DNA from: Malacoraja senta
Lineage: Eukaryota
Assembly (NCBI GenBank): GCA_038087875.1
Contig: CM075989.1
Location: forward strand, 23,562,001-23,626,000
Reading direction: 5' to 3'
DNA: 64,000 nt
Numbering within the stretch: the first letter of the stretch is position 1; the number at the start of each line of letters is the position of its first letter. The translations under genes were made by a program, and so were the position numbers. Below the pieces are notes generated by a model. It had not been told where the DNA came from, did no database searches, and worked only from the letters and a program-made list of their open reading frames with translations. This document shows, in pieces, positions 1 to 13,316 of the stretch.

Positions 1-436
1 TATAGCTCCAAGTGCTGTGATATTGACAGGTTTGGAAATTGTGCTCTGCAGGTCTCAGAACAAGTTATTAATCTACACTGTGAATAGCAGTGCGTACAGC
101 ACCAACACAAAGACCTCCACCATTGTTCCCCTCCGCCACCACCTCAACGTGTTCCGGGTTTGGCACGATGCAGAGGTCTTCTTTAAAAAGCCTGACATCA
201 GTCTGAAGAAGGGTCTCGACCCGAAAACTCACCCATTCCTTCTCTCCAGAGATGCTGCCTGTCCTGAGTTACTCCAGCATTTTGTGTCTGTCTACAAAGA
301 CCTCCACCGTACATTTAACTTCAGTCCATAAAATATCTTCCATTACTACTCTCCGCTTTCTGTTATTTAGCTGATTTCTTTCCACACAGATACAGATCTT
401 TTTATTTGACATCTTTCCACCCTGATTGCGTGAAGG

Positions 437-742
437 TGGCACGGTGGCGCAGCTGCCTCACAGCGCCAGAGACCCAGGTTCGATCCTGACTATTGGTGCT
501 TGTCTGTACGGAGTTTGTACGTTCTCCCCGTGACCTGCGTGGGTTTTCTCTGAGATCTTCGGTTTCCTCCAACACTCCAAAGACGTACAGGTTTGTAAGT
601 TAATTGGCTTGGTATAAATGTATAAAATTGTAATATTGTCCGTAGCGTGTGTAGGGTAGTGTTAATGTGCAGGGATCGCTGGTCGTTGCGGACTCAGTGG
701 GCCGAAGGGCCTGTTTCCTCGCTGTATCTCTGTACTAAACTA
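437..742 (+). mobile_element. tRNA-derived SINE (HE1/V-SINE-like)
   Basis: A-box (TGGCGCAG), B-box (GGTTCGATCC), conserved central domain, CR1-like tail GGGCCGAAGGGCCTGTTT...(TAAAC)n; >20 similar copies in the window. Confidence 0.85.
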
Positions 743-850
743 GACTTATCATGTAGCTTTTTAATCAAACATCTCCTGGAAGTCTAAACATCCCACTGCA
801 ACTGGATATTCACTTTCTTTCTTTATCAAACATTTTGTTGTTAGTTTGAC

Positions 851-1258
851 ATAGAAACGTAGAAAATAGGTGCAGGAGGAGGCCATTCGGCCCTTTGAGC
901 CAGCACCGCCATTCATTGTGATCATGGCTGATCGTCCCCAATCAATACCCGTGCCTGCCTGCCTTCTCCCCATATCCCTTGATTCCACTAGCCCCTACAG
1001 CTCTATCTAACTCTCTCTTAAATCCATCCAGTGATTTGCCTCCACTGCCCTCTGTGGCAAGGAATTCCACAAATTCACAACTCTCTGGGTGAAAAAGTTT
1101 TTTCTCACCTCAGTCTTAAATTGCCTCCCCTTTATTCTAAGACTGTGGCCCCTGGTTCTGGACTCGACCAACATTGGGAACATTTTTCTGCATCTAGCTT
1201 GTCCAGTCCTTTTATAATTTTATATGTTTTGATAAGTTCCCCCCTCTCATCCTTCTAA
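851..1258 (-). mobile_element. CR1 (HER1-like) LINE 3' fragment
   Basis: Encodes ...FFTQRVVNLWNSLPQ...GYGEKAG; 3'UTR with (TTCTATGT)-type tail. Confidence 0.85.
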
Positions 1259-1261
1259 ACA

Positions 1262-1835
1262 TGATCAAGACACCGCTCTGTAAGACTTTGCTGTGGCCAC
1301 ATTTGACGTATTGCCTGCACTTCTGGTTGCCCCATTACAAGAACAATGTCGAGGTTTGGAGAGGGTGCGGAGGCCGTTTACCAGAATGGTGCCGGGATTA
1401 AAGAGTTTCAGCTTCAAGGAGTGAATGGATAAACTTGGATTGGTTTCTCTGGAACGTCGGAGGTTGAGGGGAGACTTGATAGAAGTACATAAAATTATGG
1501 GAGGCACAGATAGGGTAGACAGTCAGAACCTTTTCCCCCACAGTGGAAAGGTCCCACACTAGAGGGCACAGTTATAAGGTGAGAGGGGAAAGGTTTAATG
1601 GAGATGTGAGCAGCTAGTTTATTTTTTACACACATAATGGTGGGGGCCAAGAACACATTGCCGGGGGTGGTGGTGGAGGCAGATAGGATAGAGGTGTTTA
1701 AAAGACTTTTAGATGGACAGATGCAGGGAAGAGAGGGATATGGATCATGTGCAGGCTGATGAGATCAGTTTAACTTGGCATCATGCTTGGCACAGATTTG
1801 TGGGCCGAAGGGCCTGTTCCTCTGTACTGTCCCAT
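1262..1835 (+). mobile_element. Degenerate CR1 LINE 3' fragment
   Basis: Remnant RRLRGDLIEVHKIM motif and CR1 3'UTR GGGCCGAAGGGCCTGTT. Confidence 0.8.
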
Positions 1836-1859
1836 GTGTAGGAAAGAACAGTGGAGCTG

Positions 1860-2122
1860 TTTCGCTTGGGTAGCTTACACCCCAGCGGTATGAACATTGA
1901 CTTCTCTCACTTCAAATAGCCCTTGCTTACCCTCTCTCTCCATCTCCTCCCCCTTCCCAGTTCTCCCATCAGTCTTACTGTCTCCGACTACATTCTACCT
2001 CTGTCCTGCCCCCTCCCCTGACATCAGTCTGTAGAAGGGTCTCGACCCAAAACGTCACCCGTTCCTTCTCTCCAGAGATGCTGCCTGTCCCGCTGAGTTA
2101 CTCCAGCATTCTGTGTCTACCT
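1860..2122 (+). mobile_element. Penelope-like element 3' end (GIY-YIG C-terminus + 3'UTR with degenerate hammerhead motif)
   Basis: 1860-1919 reads FRLGSLHPSGMNIDFSHFK*, the same peptide as at 34419-34611 and 61632-61823; followed by the common 3'UTR repeat. Confidence 0.75.
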
Positions 2123-2734
2123 GCACTGTTCTATGTTCCATCCGCTTTTACAGATCATGCTGGCTTTCTCTAATCTGTTGGAAAGGTTCAAAGTCCATCT
2201 GGTTTGCTTTCTCTTTCCGGATAATTCACGACACCGTGATAACATAATTATTGTCTAATCATTGCAATTTAAATGCGGAACTTGTTTCCCCAGCATTCAT
2301 CAAAGAAAGACTGTTAATTTTGATCAATAGAATGAAGCGATTGAAATTTTTATTTTTAGGATAATGGACAAAACAAAAATGGCAGGTTTGTAATGAATAT
2401 CAATAGAAATCTCATTGTCTGCTCCTCTCTTTCCTACACATAGTACAGTACAGCACAAAATCTATATTTGCCACAGTTCTAAATTAAAATGTATGACTGA
2501 TACATTTTTCTACCATTTTCCAATTAATGAAATGCCATTTTCCTCTGTACCAATAGAGTTTTAAATTGATATTTGGGTAATTGGGATGAAATTTAATTAA
2601 GGATACAGTCACACTATAATTATGGTTTCAAATGCAAAATCATTTTGTGCTGCCTCAATAGTGCAGTTGGGGACCAAGTGTCACTTGAACGAGGGCCAAG
2701 ACCTCCATGGGAACCATGGCATGGACTTCTGTTC

Positions 2735-3032
2735 AGTTCAGAGATACAGCACGGAACCAAGCCCTTTGGCCCACCAAGTCCATGCCGGCCAACAATCCCC
2801 GTACACTCGCACTAACCCACACGCCAGGGAGGATTTACAGTCTTTACCAAATCCAATTAACCTAGAAACCTGGACATCTTTGGGATATGGGGGGAAACCG
2901 GAGCGCCCGGGGATAACCCACGTGGACACGGGGAGAACGTACAAACTCCGTGCAGACAGCACCCATAGTCAGGATCGAACCCGGGTCTCTGCCACTGTAA
3001 GGCAGCAACTCTACCGCTGCGCCACCGTGCCG
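2735..3032 (-). mobile_element. tRNA-derived SINE (HE1/V-SINE-like)
   Basis: Reverse complement of SINE consensus, full length. Confidence 0.85.
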
Positions 3033-3878
3033 CCCACTTGGAGGAGATTGGGCTTTCACACCCAATTTACAGAAGACCGAGATTGATTAGTGATGCATGG
3101 CTTCAGGTTAAACCCTAACTCTCCCACTAGTGGGAACATCTTATCCACATCCACTCTATCCAGGCCTTTTTGCCTTTGTTACAGAAGGCCTCAATGACAA
3201 TGTTGTTCCCTTATTGCCAGCTTTTGTTTGCTGTTATATCAGCCGGAGACTGGAACTCATCAGACTCCTTTCTGAAACCTTGCCCATTATGTTAGCTGCC
3301 AACACGCTTCAAAGGCTGATCATTCTCTGCAAAAAGGAAAACCTTCTGACTTTTAATCTATTATTGAAAACATATCACGTTCACTTGTTCTTTTTAGCTA
3401 ATCTAATTAAAATTGCTTTTTCTTACGAACACGGTCTAGTCCATTTATTATTCTAAAGATCTCAATTAAATTTCCATTATGTCCAGGTTTTTCAAGAATA
3501 AAGCTCTAGGCATTTACATTGACAATTACAATACTGAAAGCATCAATCTCTTGGGTCTCATCTGGACCTATTCCGAAACCTCACTATCATCTATCGAGTT
3601 GGGATATTCCAACGTCCCACTACACCAGCAAAACGTCATTGTTTACATTAAACACCACAAAGCAAGTTTACTGCGATCGTATCTTAGAGAATCAAACAAC
3701 ATGGTATTTATTCAATGTGCTACATGTGTTACAATCAATGCTTACAGTTGAGATTGTCCTCACACTACTAGACTCCATCTACACTTCACGCTGCCTCGGC
3801 AAGGACACCAGCTTTATCAAGGATGAGTCTCACCCTGGACATTCCCTCCTTCTCCCTTCTCCCCTCTCACGTCAGGCA

Positions 3879-4112
3879 TAGAAACATAGAAAATAGGTGC
3901 AGGAGTAGGCCATTTGCCCCTTCGAGCCAGCACCGCCAATCAATGTGATCATGGCTGATCATCCACAATCAGTACCCGTTCCTGCCTTCTCCCACATCCC
4001 TTGATTTCGCTATCCCTAACAGCTCCATTTAACTCTCTTTTGAATGCATTCAGTGAATCGACCTGGACTGCCTTCTGAGGCAGAGAGTTGTACAAATTCA
4101 CAACTCTCTGGG
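3879..4112 (-). mobile_element. CR1 LINE 3' fragment
   Basis: TQRVVNLYNSLPQ peptide plus CR1 3'UTR and tail. Confidence 0.8.
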
Positions 4113-4543
4113 TGATCAAGAGATACACGTGTGAAAATGGACTCAATATCTGCCCTCTTAAGGCACTGCTTCTCTTGCTTCATAATGCATGAGCACAAAC
4201 TTCAATAGCCTTATTCGGTATAATGGGTCTTCTGGGTCCTGCTACTGCCCTAGTGAGATGAGATGCTAAACACAGGAAAAGCCACAGAGGTAGAGAACAA
4301 AATGGGAAGGTCTGGGAGCTGTTTCTACCTGACTAGGGGTTGAGTGACCAACTTGAAGTAATTATCACTCTAAAAATGGGTTTATTCATTAATTATAATT
4401 AGTCAACACCTTAACATATTTGAAGTAATAGAACTTCTCCGAGCAGTACAAAGCAACATGCAGTATCAGACTCCCAAAAAGAAATATTAACACAGGTGAT
4501 GACACAGATGGTGAAGGATATGTGCTTTAATGAATGTCTTAAG

Positions 4544-4778
4544 CTGGGGTTCGCAACCTTTTTCATCCCATTTACCCCTGGCAATTTTAATAGCACATAA
4601 CAATGTTATTTCACTTATTTATGAACAACTAATGATGAACAGATACCGGTATATCAGAACAAAACACAGTCAGTCAATGAGAAAAGATATGTACAAATCC
4701 ACAATCAACATATTCACCCCCTGGGAGGGCGAAGTTTACCCCAGTGGGGGTAGATTTATCCCAGGTTGGGCACCCTTG
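4544..4778. mobile_element. hAT (Charlie-like) non-autonomous DNA transposon / MITE
   Basis: Imperfect 16-bp TIRs CTGGGGTTCGCAACCT ... AGGTTGGGCACCCTTG; flanks GTCTTAAG / TCTTAAAG resemble an 8-bp TSD. Confidence 0.65.
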
Positions 4779-5419
4779 TCTTAAAGCAAGAAGGTAGCTT
4801 TGGAATTGGAAGGCAGCTAAATGTTAGCTCACAGCGACTAAAATTGAGGATGTGCAGGAGTTCTGAACTTGCAATCCTGAAGATCACAAAAAAGTGCAGA
4901 GAAAATTTACGAGGATATTCCTAGGACTTGAGGGCTGAGCTATGAGAGGTAAGGCAGGCTAGGACTTTATTCCTTGGAGCACAGTACGATGAGGGGTGAC
5001 CTTATAGTGGTGTATAAAATCATGAGGGGAATAGATAAGGTAAATGTGCTGAATCTTTTATCGAGAATAGATGGGGCATCTTGGCTGGCATGGGCAAGAT
5101 GGGCTGAAGGGCCTGTTTCCATGCTGTGTGGCTATGACGCTAAGTGGTTAGTGTCTGGAATGTACTGCCAGGGTTATTGCAGAGTTGCTTGTAGCAGCTG
5201 AATAAGTGTTCTGAAAAGAATGAGTTTGCAGAGCTCTAGGAAGAGGCCAGGGGAAAACGCCGATTGTTCTTGCAAAGAGATTGCATAGACAGAATGGGCC
5301 AAATGGCTGCCGATCTTCTGCGAATGGACATAGAGCAGTGACATTTTTTTAAATCAGTGATTATCCCCCAGTTTATTTTACTACTAAGTAGATATCCAGA
5401 TTCTGGAAGCATTCAAACA

Positions 5420-5530
5420 AGCCCACTTCCTACATTACAATAGTGACTACACTTTCAAGAACTTGACTGAGAAGCATTTTGGAATGTCCTTGGGCTATGA
5501 AGGATGTTCTATCAATGCAAGCTTTCTTTT
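5420..5530 (+). mobile_element. Ancient Deu-SINE/L2-type 3' tail fragment
   Basis: CCTACATTACAATAGTGACTACACTT...ATCAATGCAAGCTTTCTTTT resembles the SacSINE1/AmnSINE-type L2-derived tail. Confidence 0.55.
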
Positions 5531-5763
5531 AATCCCATATTCTTTCATCTTCAATATTTACCGCAAGGAAGCTTTAAACAAGTTACTAACTAGAAGCGTC
5601 ACATATCTAGGGTAATAAAGTCACAGTGTCTTACAGCATGGAAACCGACCCTTCGGCCCAAGTTGCCCACACCGGCCAACATGTCCCATCTACACTAGTC
5701 CCACCTGCCTGCGTTTGGCCCATATCCCTCTAAACCTGTCCTATCCATGTGCCTGTCTAAATG

Positions 5764-6000
5764 AAAGAAAGACACAAGATGCTGGAGTAACTCAGAGGGA
5801 CGGGCAGCATCTCTGTATAGATGGAATGGGTGATGTTTCGGGTCGAGACCCTTCTTTAGACTGAGATCCAGCCTGAAGAGGGGACGACCCAAAATGTCAC
5901 CCATTCCTTCTATCCAGAGATGCTGCCCGTCCCGCTGAGTTACTCCAGCATCTTGTGTCTATCTTCGAAGTAAACCAGCATCTGCAGCCCCTACATATAT
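5764..6000. mobile_element. Inverted pair of Penelope-like 3' repeats inserted in a CR1 fragment
   Basis: Two head-to-head copies flanked by the 11-bp direct repeat CTGTCTAAATG (5753-5763, 6001-6011); CR1 sequence continues on both sides. Confidence 0.75.
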
Positions 6001-6679
6001 CTGTCTAAATGTTACTTGAACTTTGCGAAAGTACCTGCCTCAACTACCTCCTCTGGCAGCTGGTTCCATACACCGACCACCCTTTGTGTGAAAAAGTTAC
6101 CCCTCAGCTTCCTATTAGTTTTTATCTCCCCCTCACCTTAAACCTACCTCCTTTGTTTCTTAATTCCTCTATTCTGGGCATGAGAAGGGATGGATATCTG
6201 CCACATTATCAGCAGCTTGAAGGAAGGTCTATGTAATAATCACTGTCCAAATACACTGTTGCTAAATATTCTAAATGGGTTGTTATGAAGTGGAAAGCGA
6301 CAACATGTGGATACTGCAAACCTATTTGCCATCAGTTTTCCTAAATTGTCTGCAGAATAGGCTAAACATTCCTTTTCTTCATGTTTTGCAATTGGAATAT
6401 TGTTTTATATTGTTCTGATGGTTTATATTCTTTTGAGAGAGTAATTTTTTAGATGACAAAAAAATAACGTAAAATGACAAAATGCAAAATGACACAGTGG
6501 TAAAAGGCACATATATTCTGACCATTAAAATAAACATTTATAAGTGCAAAAAGGCTCTGTGTCAAAATTATAAGCATAATGTTCTTTCAATTTTAAAATA
6601 ATGTGATCTTAACAATATGTAAGATTAACAACGAGGAACCAATAATTTAAATATTGTGACTGTGTAATAAAGTTATTCT

Positions 6680-6980
6680 GTTTAGTTTAGAGATACTGCA
6701 CAGAAACAGGCCTTTCGGGGCCCAGCGAGTCCGCTCTGACCAGTGATCCCAGCACATTAACACTATCCTACACCAAGAGACAATTGTTACATTTAATTCA
6801 AGCCAATTAACCTACATACCTTTGGAGTGTGGGAGGAAACCAAAGATCTCAGAGAAAACCCGCGTAGGTCACGGGAGAACGTACAAACTCTGTACAGACA
6901 GCACCCGTAGTTGGGATCGAACCCGGGTCTCTGGCACTGCAAGCGCTGTAAAGCAGCAACTCTACCGCTGCGCCACCGTG
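6680..6980 (-). mobile_element. tRNA-derived SINE (HE1/V-SINE-like)
   Basis: Full-length SINE consensus match on minus strand. Confidence 0.85.
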
Positions 6981-7611
6981 TCACTCCGCTATCATGCCTA
7001 TAGTGTTATTTTGTCAAACTGTTAATGGACTGGAAATTTATCGATATGGTCTTGAATGAATTTGGGCAATAATCTGCCAAGTCTATTTGCAACCACTATC
7101 TAGAATGTACACAGCACGTGAAGACAGAATGAGTTGCGGATTCTCCTTGCACTTAAGTAGTCTGTCAATACTCATTGTGTGTGGAGCTTCACATGAGGAA
7201 ATCTAACCCAGTGATCAGACAGCCGAGCCCATGCAACGATGACACCGCAATATGTACGATGGTTTCACATTTCCTTCACAAGACTAAATTAAATGTCGAG
7301 GAACTATTTTCAATTCTGAGGGATTGAGAGCTGATGAATCTTTCTTTGTGTTAAGCATGTTCATTAATTCTTCATTTAATCCTTCGCTGAACACCAATAG
7401 CACATGCTCTATAACTCATAATTTGCAGGAAGGAACTGCAGATGCTGGTTTAAACCGAAGATACACTGGAAAAGCTGGAGTAGCTCAGCGGGACAGGCAG
7501 CGTCTCTGGAGAGAAGGAATGGGTGACGTTTCGGGTCGAGAGATGCTGCCTGTCCCGCTGTGTTACCCCAGCTTTTTGTGTCTATCCTCTCGATAACTCA
7601 TAACTCTCTAA

Positions 7612-7862
7612 CTCTTTTTCACACAGAGAGTTGTGAGTCTGTGGAATTCTCTGCCTCAGAGGGCGGTGGTGGCAGGTTCTCTGGATGCTTTCAAGAGAGA
7701 GCTAGATAGGGCTCTTAAAAATAGTGGAGTCAGGGGATATGGGGAGAAGGCAGGAATGGGGTACTGATAGGGGATGATCAACCATGATCACATTGAATGG
7801 TGGTGCTGGCTCAAAGGGCCGAATGGCCTACTCCTGCACCTATTGTCTATTGTCTATTGTCT
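7612..7862 (+). mobile_element. CR1 LINE 3' fragment
   Basis: FTQRVVSLWNSLPQ...GYGEKAG and (ATTGTCT)n tail. Confidence 0.85.
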
Positions 7863-8197
7863 ATAACTCATAAAGCAGGCAGCACAGAGGCAGGGACAAA
7901 TAGTTCAGGCCTATATGTAAGTATTTAGCCCCCTGTAGATTAGATTGATTGATACATTATTATCACATGTGATAAGTCACAGTGAAGTTCTTTGTTTTCA
8001 ATACCATGCACAAGGAATGCAAAGAGTCGCCACATATAGGGCGCGGGGATAGGGAGACGTAACCACGTTAGCTGCTTACATCTTCCATTATGATGGAGCT
8101 TTTCAGTTATTGGAAAATTGGATTTAGCTACAGGAATTGAGGGGCAAGAACCAAATAAGTAACAGAAAAGCCAATGCTGCCCCCTGCACACATTTAA

Positions 8198-9020
8198 ATG
8201 TGTGTGCAGTTTTGGTCTTCAAGTTTGAAGAAGGACATTCTTGCTATTGAGGGAGTGCTTCACAAAGTTATTCAAGAGAGAGCTAGATAGGGCTCTTAAA
8301 GATAGCGGAGTCAGGGGATATGGGGAGAAGGCAGGAACGGGGTACTGATTGTGGATGATCAGCCATGGTCACATTGAATGGCGGTGCTGGCTCGAAGGGC
8401 CGAATGGCCTACTCCTGCACCTATTGTCTATTGTTATTTCCAGGGATGGCGGGACTGTCATATGCTGATAGAATGGAGCGGCTGGGCTTGTGTACACTGA
8501 AATTTAGAAGGATGAGAGAGGATCATATTGAAACATATAAGATTATTAAGGGATCGGACATGCTAGAGGCAGGAAACATGTTCCCAATGTTGGGGGAGTC
8601 CAGAACCAGGGGCCACGGTTTAAGAATAAGGGGTAGGCCATTTAGAACGGAGATGAAGAAAAACTTTTTCACCCAGAGAATTGTGAATCTGTGGAATTCT
8701 CTGCCTCAGATGGCAGTGGAGGCCAATTCTCTGGATGCTTTCAAGAGAGAATTAGATAGAGCTCTGGAAGATAGTGGAGTCAAGGGATATGGGGAGAAGG
8801 CAGGAACGGGGTACTGATTGTGGATGATCAGCCATGATGACAGTGAATGGCGGTGCTGGCTCGAAAGGACGAAAGGCCTACTCCTGCACCTATAGTCAAT
8901 TGACAGGTTTAGAGAGATATGGGCCAAATGCAAACGGGTGGGACTAGTATAGATGGGGCATGTTGGTCAGTATGGGCAAGGTGAAGGGCCTGTTTCCATG
9001 GTGTAAGACTCTATGACTCT
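8198..9020 (+). mobile_element. Nested CR1 LINE 3' fragments
   Basis: The ORF 8365-8817 C-terminus is CR1 ORF2; a second CR1 3' end (~8272-8432) is inserted inside, flanked by GTTATT. Confidence 0.85.
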
Positions 9021-9179
9021 AATACGGAATCAAGGTGGAGGACTCACTGCATACAATATACACATTATACCAATGAAGAAATATACAGCCAATAAGAAGT
9101 GACATCTCGTGTATTTAAAGGTAGCAGATAAAAACAGTTTAGATAACCTAATACATGGTCTTCTAAAGTTCCTTCACAT

Positions 9180-11420
9180 CAGGTATTATTCCTTTCCATT
9201 CTATTCCTTTAGAAAGATGAGCAAGGAAACCAGTCCATTAGAGACCAGTTAGTGTAACATCTACTGTTGAAAAATCACTAGAGACTATAATTAAGGATCA
9301 TAAAACTTGCCAGCTAATCCGAGCGTCGCAGTGTAAGTAACGTAACGTTCCGTCAAAGCTGACAAAATATTTAGATTTTTTTCAAGTTGATGCAGCTCAG
9401 GGGAACGCATGTCAATGGTTTATATAGATATAGCTCTTAGAGCTAACGGAATCAAGGGGTATGCGGAGAAAGCAGGAATGGGGTACTGATTGTGGATGAT
9501 CAGGCATGATCAAATTGAATGGCGGTGCTGGCTCGAAGGGCCGAATGGCCTACTCCTGCACTTATTTTCTATGTTTTTATATATATGAACAAAAGACAGT
9601 TAATAGAGTCATAGAAATAGAAAATAGATGCAGGAGTAGGCCATTCGGCCCTTCGAGCCAGCACCGCCATTCAATATGATCATGGCTGATCATCCAAAAA
9701 TCGGTACCCCGTTCCTGCTTTTTCCCCCATATCACAATCACAATAATACTTTATTAGCCAAGGATGTTTTGGACTATATGAGGAATTTGATTTGCCAAGT
9801 CAGTTATACCAATAAAAAGTAACGGAACACACAAAATACATTTTAATATAAACATCCACCACAGTGACCCCTCCACATTCCTCACTGTGATAGAAGGCGG
9901 AAAAAAAAGTTCAAATCTCTTCCCTTCTATGCTCTTCTATGTTGGGGGCCTCGAGCCCTCCATTGATGGGACGATCTTGACTCCCGTAGCCGGCGGCGTT
10001 TGGGCCCTCCGCATCGGGGCGAACAGCTCCTGCATTGGGGGGGATGTCATCTGCGTTCATTGGACCTTGATTCCGTTAGCTCTAAGAGCTAAATCTAACT
10101 CTCTCTTGAAAACATCCAGTGAATTGGCCTCCACTGCCTTCTGTGGCAGAGAATTCCACAGATTCATAACTCTCTGGGTGAAAAAGTTTTTCCTCATCTC
10201 TGTCTTAAATGGCCGACCCCTTATTCTTAAATTGTGACTCCTAGTTCTGGACTCCCCCAACATTGGGAACATTTTTCTATGGCAGAGTATTCCACATAAA
10301 AGATAAAGTCCGGCATAAAAGATAGTCAGCAAAGCTGAAGCTAATGGAATTAAGAACAAATTCTCGGCCCGGTTAGAAGATTAGCAAAGCAGCAGGAGAC
10401 AAGAAAAAAGGATAATGGACAGGTATGTCATTGGCATACAGCCACTTTGCTGTATCCCACAGTTATCTTTGTTGTAACTGCTACGACTTACTATATTTAT
10501 ACATGCTATAAATAAGATAGTCATTTGTTCAGACATGTCCACAATAACAAGCAACGCTCAAAGCAGTCACAGACACAGAGTGCTGGAATAACTCAGCGGG
10601 TCAGGCAGCATCTGTGGAGAACATGGCTAGGTGACGTTTCACAGAGTGCTGGAGTAACTCAGCGGGTCAGGCAGCATCTGTGGAGAACATGGATAGGTGA
10701 CGTTTCACACAGTGCTGGAGTAACTCAGTGGGTCAGGCAGCATCTACGGGGAACATGGATAGGTGATGTTTCACAGAGTGCTGGAGTAACTCAGCGGGTC
10801 AGGCAGCATCTACGGGGAACATGGATAGGTGACGTTTCACTGAGTGCTGGAGTAACTCAGTGGGTCAGGCAGTATCTCTGGAGAACATGGATAGGTGACG
10901 TTTCACAGAGTGCTGGAGTAACTCAGCGGGTCAGGCAGCATCTCTGGGGAACATGGATAGGTGACGTTTCACAATGGTTAGATCATCTCTGAAGGACTGT
11001 TGGCTGTTCACAATGTCTCAAGGTGGTTGTATTCATCTTGCAGCAAATGCAGAATTTATTTACCAAAATAATATTCAGACTCTAATGGTTAGAATACATG
11101 AAAGAAGACACTCAACCTAGAATTCCATCTCCTGGATTTCAGATGATTAAAGGGAACTGCTGAATGGATACACTGAAGTTATTTCTGCTGGTTTTGAAAT
11201 CGGAAATGACAGAACGTTATCCTAAATATCAGCCAGCCATTTAGGGAATGAAGTTAGGAAACATCTCTCTGTACAGAGGTATGAAGAAGCTTGGAGATGT
11301 CTCCTACAATCTGCTGATGCCGGATCAGTTGGCATTTTCAAAGCAAATCCGATAGATTATTGCTAATATTAAGGAAAATGAAGAAAGGATGGATATTTAG
11401 AGTTAGTACACAGATCATAA
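9180..11420 (+). mobile_element. Ancient, heavily diverged CR1 RT region fragmented by younger insertions
   Basis: Pieces in collinear order: RPVSVTSTVEKSLETIIKD (~9242), DKVRHKR..KAEANGI (~10300), VSHS/FTIFI (~10450-10500), 3' region (~11040-11420). Confidence 0.55.
10574..10973. repeat. Tandem array, 6 x 66-bp unit derived from the Penelope-like 3' repeat
   Basis: Unit CACAGAGTGCTGGAGTAACTCAGCGGGTCAGGCAGCATCTGTGGAGAACATGGATAGGTGACGTTT; gives the 22-aa repeat in ORF 10525-10992. Confidence 0.95.
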
Positions 11421-12208
11421 GGTCATAAGGAATAGGAGCATAATTAGTCCATTCGGCCCATCAAGTCTACTCCGGCATTCAATCATGGCTGATCTATCTC
11501 TCCCTCCTAACCCCATTCTCCTGCCTTCTCCCCAGATCAGCCATGCTCCGAATGGCCTAACATTTGGGAAGATAAATGTTCTACACTTATTCCTGTGTCA
11601 AACGTTAACATTTCCATGTGCAGGAGGGAACTGCAAATGCTGGTTTACACCGAAGATAGACACTAAATGCTGGAGTATCTGTGGGGCAGGCAGCATCTCT
11701 GGAGAGAAGGAACGGGTGACGTTTCGGGTCCCGGCCGAAAATGTCACCTGTCTGTCCGTGTGTTGTCTAGAGATGCTGCCTGACCCGCTGAGTTTCTCCC
11801 GCCCTCTTATCTCTCTGCTGACTGGTTAGCACGCAACAAGAGCTTTAAACTGTACCTCGGTACACGTGACAATAAACTAAACTGAACTGAACTGATCTGT
11901 GTCCAGCTTTGTAAACCAGCATCTGCAGTTCCTTGTTTCTACTGTACAAATATCATGGTGTTTCCTGGCAGCACCTGCAATTAACAATGCATCCTACATC
12001 CCTGTACAGCTTACTCAACAACCTCCAAACTAAACGTCACACGTTAGTTACACTCACAACTGGACCAAATGTAACTTTGAAAACTCCTACACGCCATGTC
12101 TTTCTGTCAACATAGCAACATCGTGATGCAGGATAGGCACCTGGAGGTTATTATACAACTCAGAGCAACGCACAGAAAAAATCCACAATGAGGCAGGTAG
12201 TATAACAA

Positions 12209-12433
12209 TGACACAAAATGCTGAAGTAACTCAGCGGGACAGGCCGCATCTCTGGAGAGAAGGAATGGGTGATGTTTCGGGTCGAGACCCTTCTTCAGAT
12301 TGAGTCAGTCTGAAGAAGGGTCTCTACCCGAAATGTCCCCCATTCCATCTCCCCAGAGATGCTGCCTGTCCCGCTGAGTTACTCCAACATTTTGTGTCTA
12401 CCTTTGATTTAAACCAGCATCTGCAGTTCTTTC
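12209..12433. mobile_element. Inverted pair of Penelope-like 3' repeats
   Basis: Head-to-head ~95-bp arms around ...CTTCAGATTGAGTCAGTCTGAAG... Confidence 0.8.
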
Positions 12434-12730
12434 AATAGACAATAGACAAAAGACAATAGGTGCAGGAGTAGGCCATTCAGCCCTTCGAGCCAGCTCCGCC
12501 ATTCAATGTGATCATGGCTGATCATCCCCAATCAGTACCCCGTTCCTGCCTTCTCCCCATATCCCCTGACTCCGCTATTTTTAAGAGCCCTATCTAGCTC
12601 TTTCTTGAAAGCATCCATAGAATCTGCCTCCACTGCCCTCTGAGGCAGAGAATTCCACAGACTCACCACTCTCTGTGAGAAAAAGTGTTTCCTCATCTCC
12701 GTTCTAAATGGCTTACTCCTTATTCTTAAA
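12434..12730 (-). mobile_element. CR1 LINE 3' fragment
   Basis: (AGACAAT)n tail and CR1 ORF2 C-terminus on minus strand. Confidence 0.85.
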
Positions 12731-13316
12731 TACTTAAATATTCCTAATATAACAATGAGGCAGGTACTTTCACAATGAGGCAGCTACAATAACAGCATTT
12801 AAAACACATTTGGACAGGTACATGGATAGGAAATGTTTAGAGGGAAATGAACGAAATGCAGAGAGGTGGGACCAGCGTAGTTGGGGCATCTTGGTTAGCA
12901 TGGGCAAGTTGGGCCGAAGGACCTGTTTCTGTGCTGCATGACCCTATGACTCTCTAATATCCTGACGAATCTCCTCTGCACAGAGGACTGCTTGAAAGCA
13001 GTGATATAACTGTGATGGGCCAACTGACCAAGCTCTACTGGGCTTGCATGACATCCTTCGCGATCATCATTGGGATTACGTGGCTAAAGATCCTGTCATT
13101 CAAAGGTCTACATTTTCAAGATGTGATGGATATGATCTTTAATGGTTCTGTTATTGTTATTGTTTGCAGCCAGCGTGAGAATGTGGTGAAGTTGCACCAC
13201 AGCACAGTCTTTTTGGTATCAATGATGAATCCAAGAGGCCAAGATTGTCAGCAGCACACACAAACATTGGTTTAGTATCTCTGTTGGTTGGAAAGATTTA
13301 AAGGCCTTAATGTCTG

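Noticed and set aside
437..500. tRNA genes at SINE heads
   Set aside because: A/B boxes belong to SINEs; no complete cloverleaf, and each continues into SINE body and tail
4460..4500. Possible HDGFL3 exon 2 (FFFG-like codons)
   Set aside because: Translation does not give YPIFFFGTHET and lacks matching splice sites; exon 2 is probably left of the window
10574..10973. CRISPR-like array or repeat protein (ORF 10525-10992)
   Set aside because: Head-to-tail units with no unique spacers, eukaryotic context, TE-derived sequence
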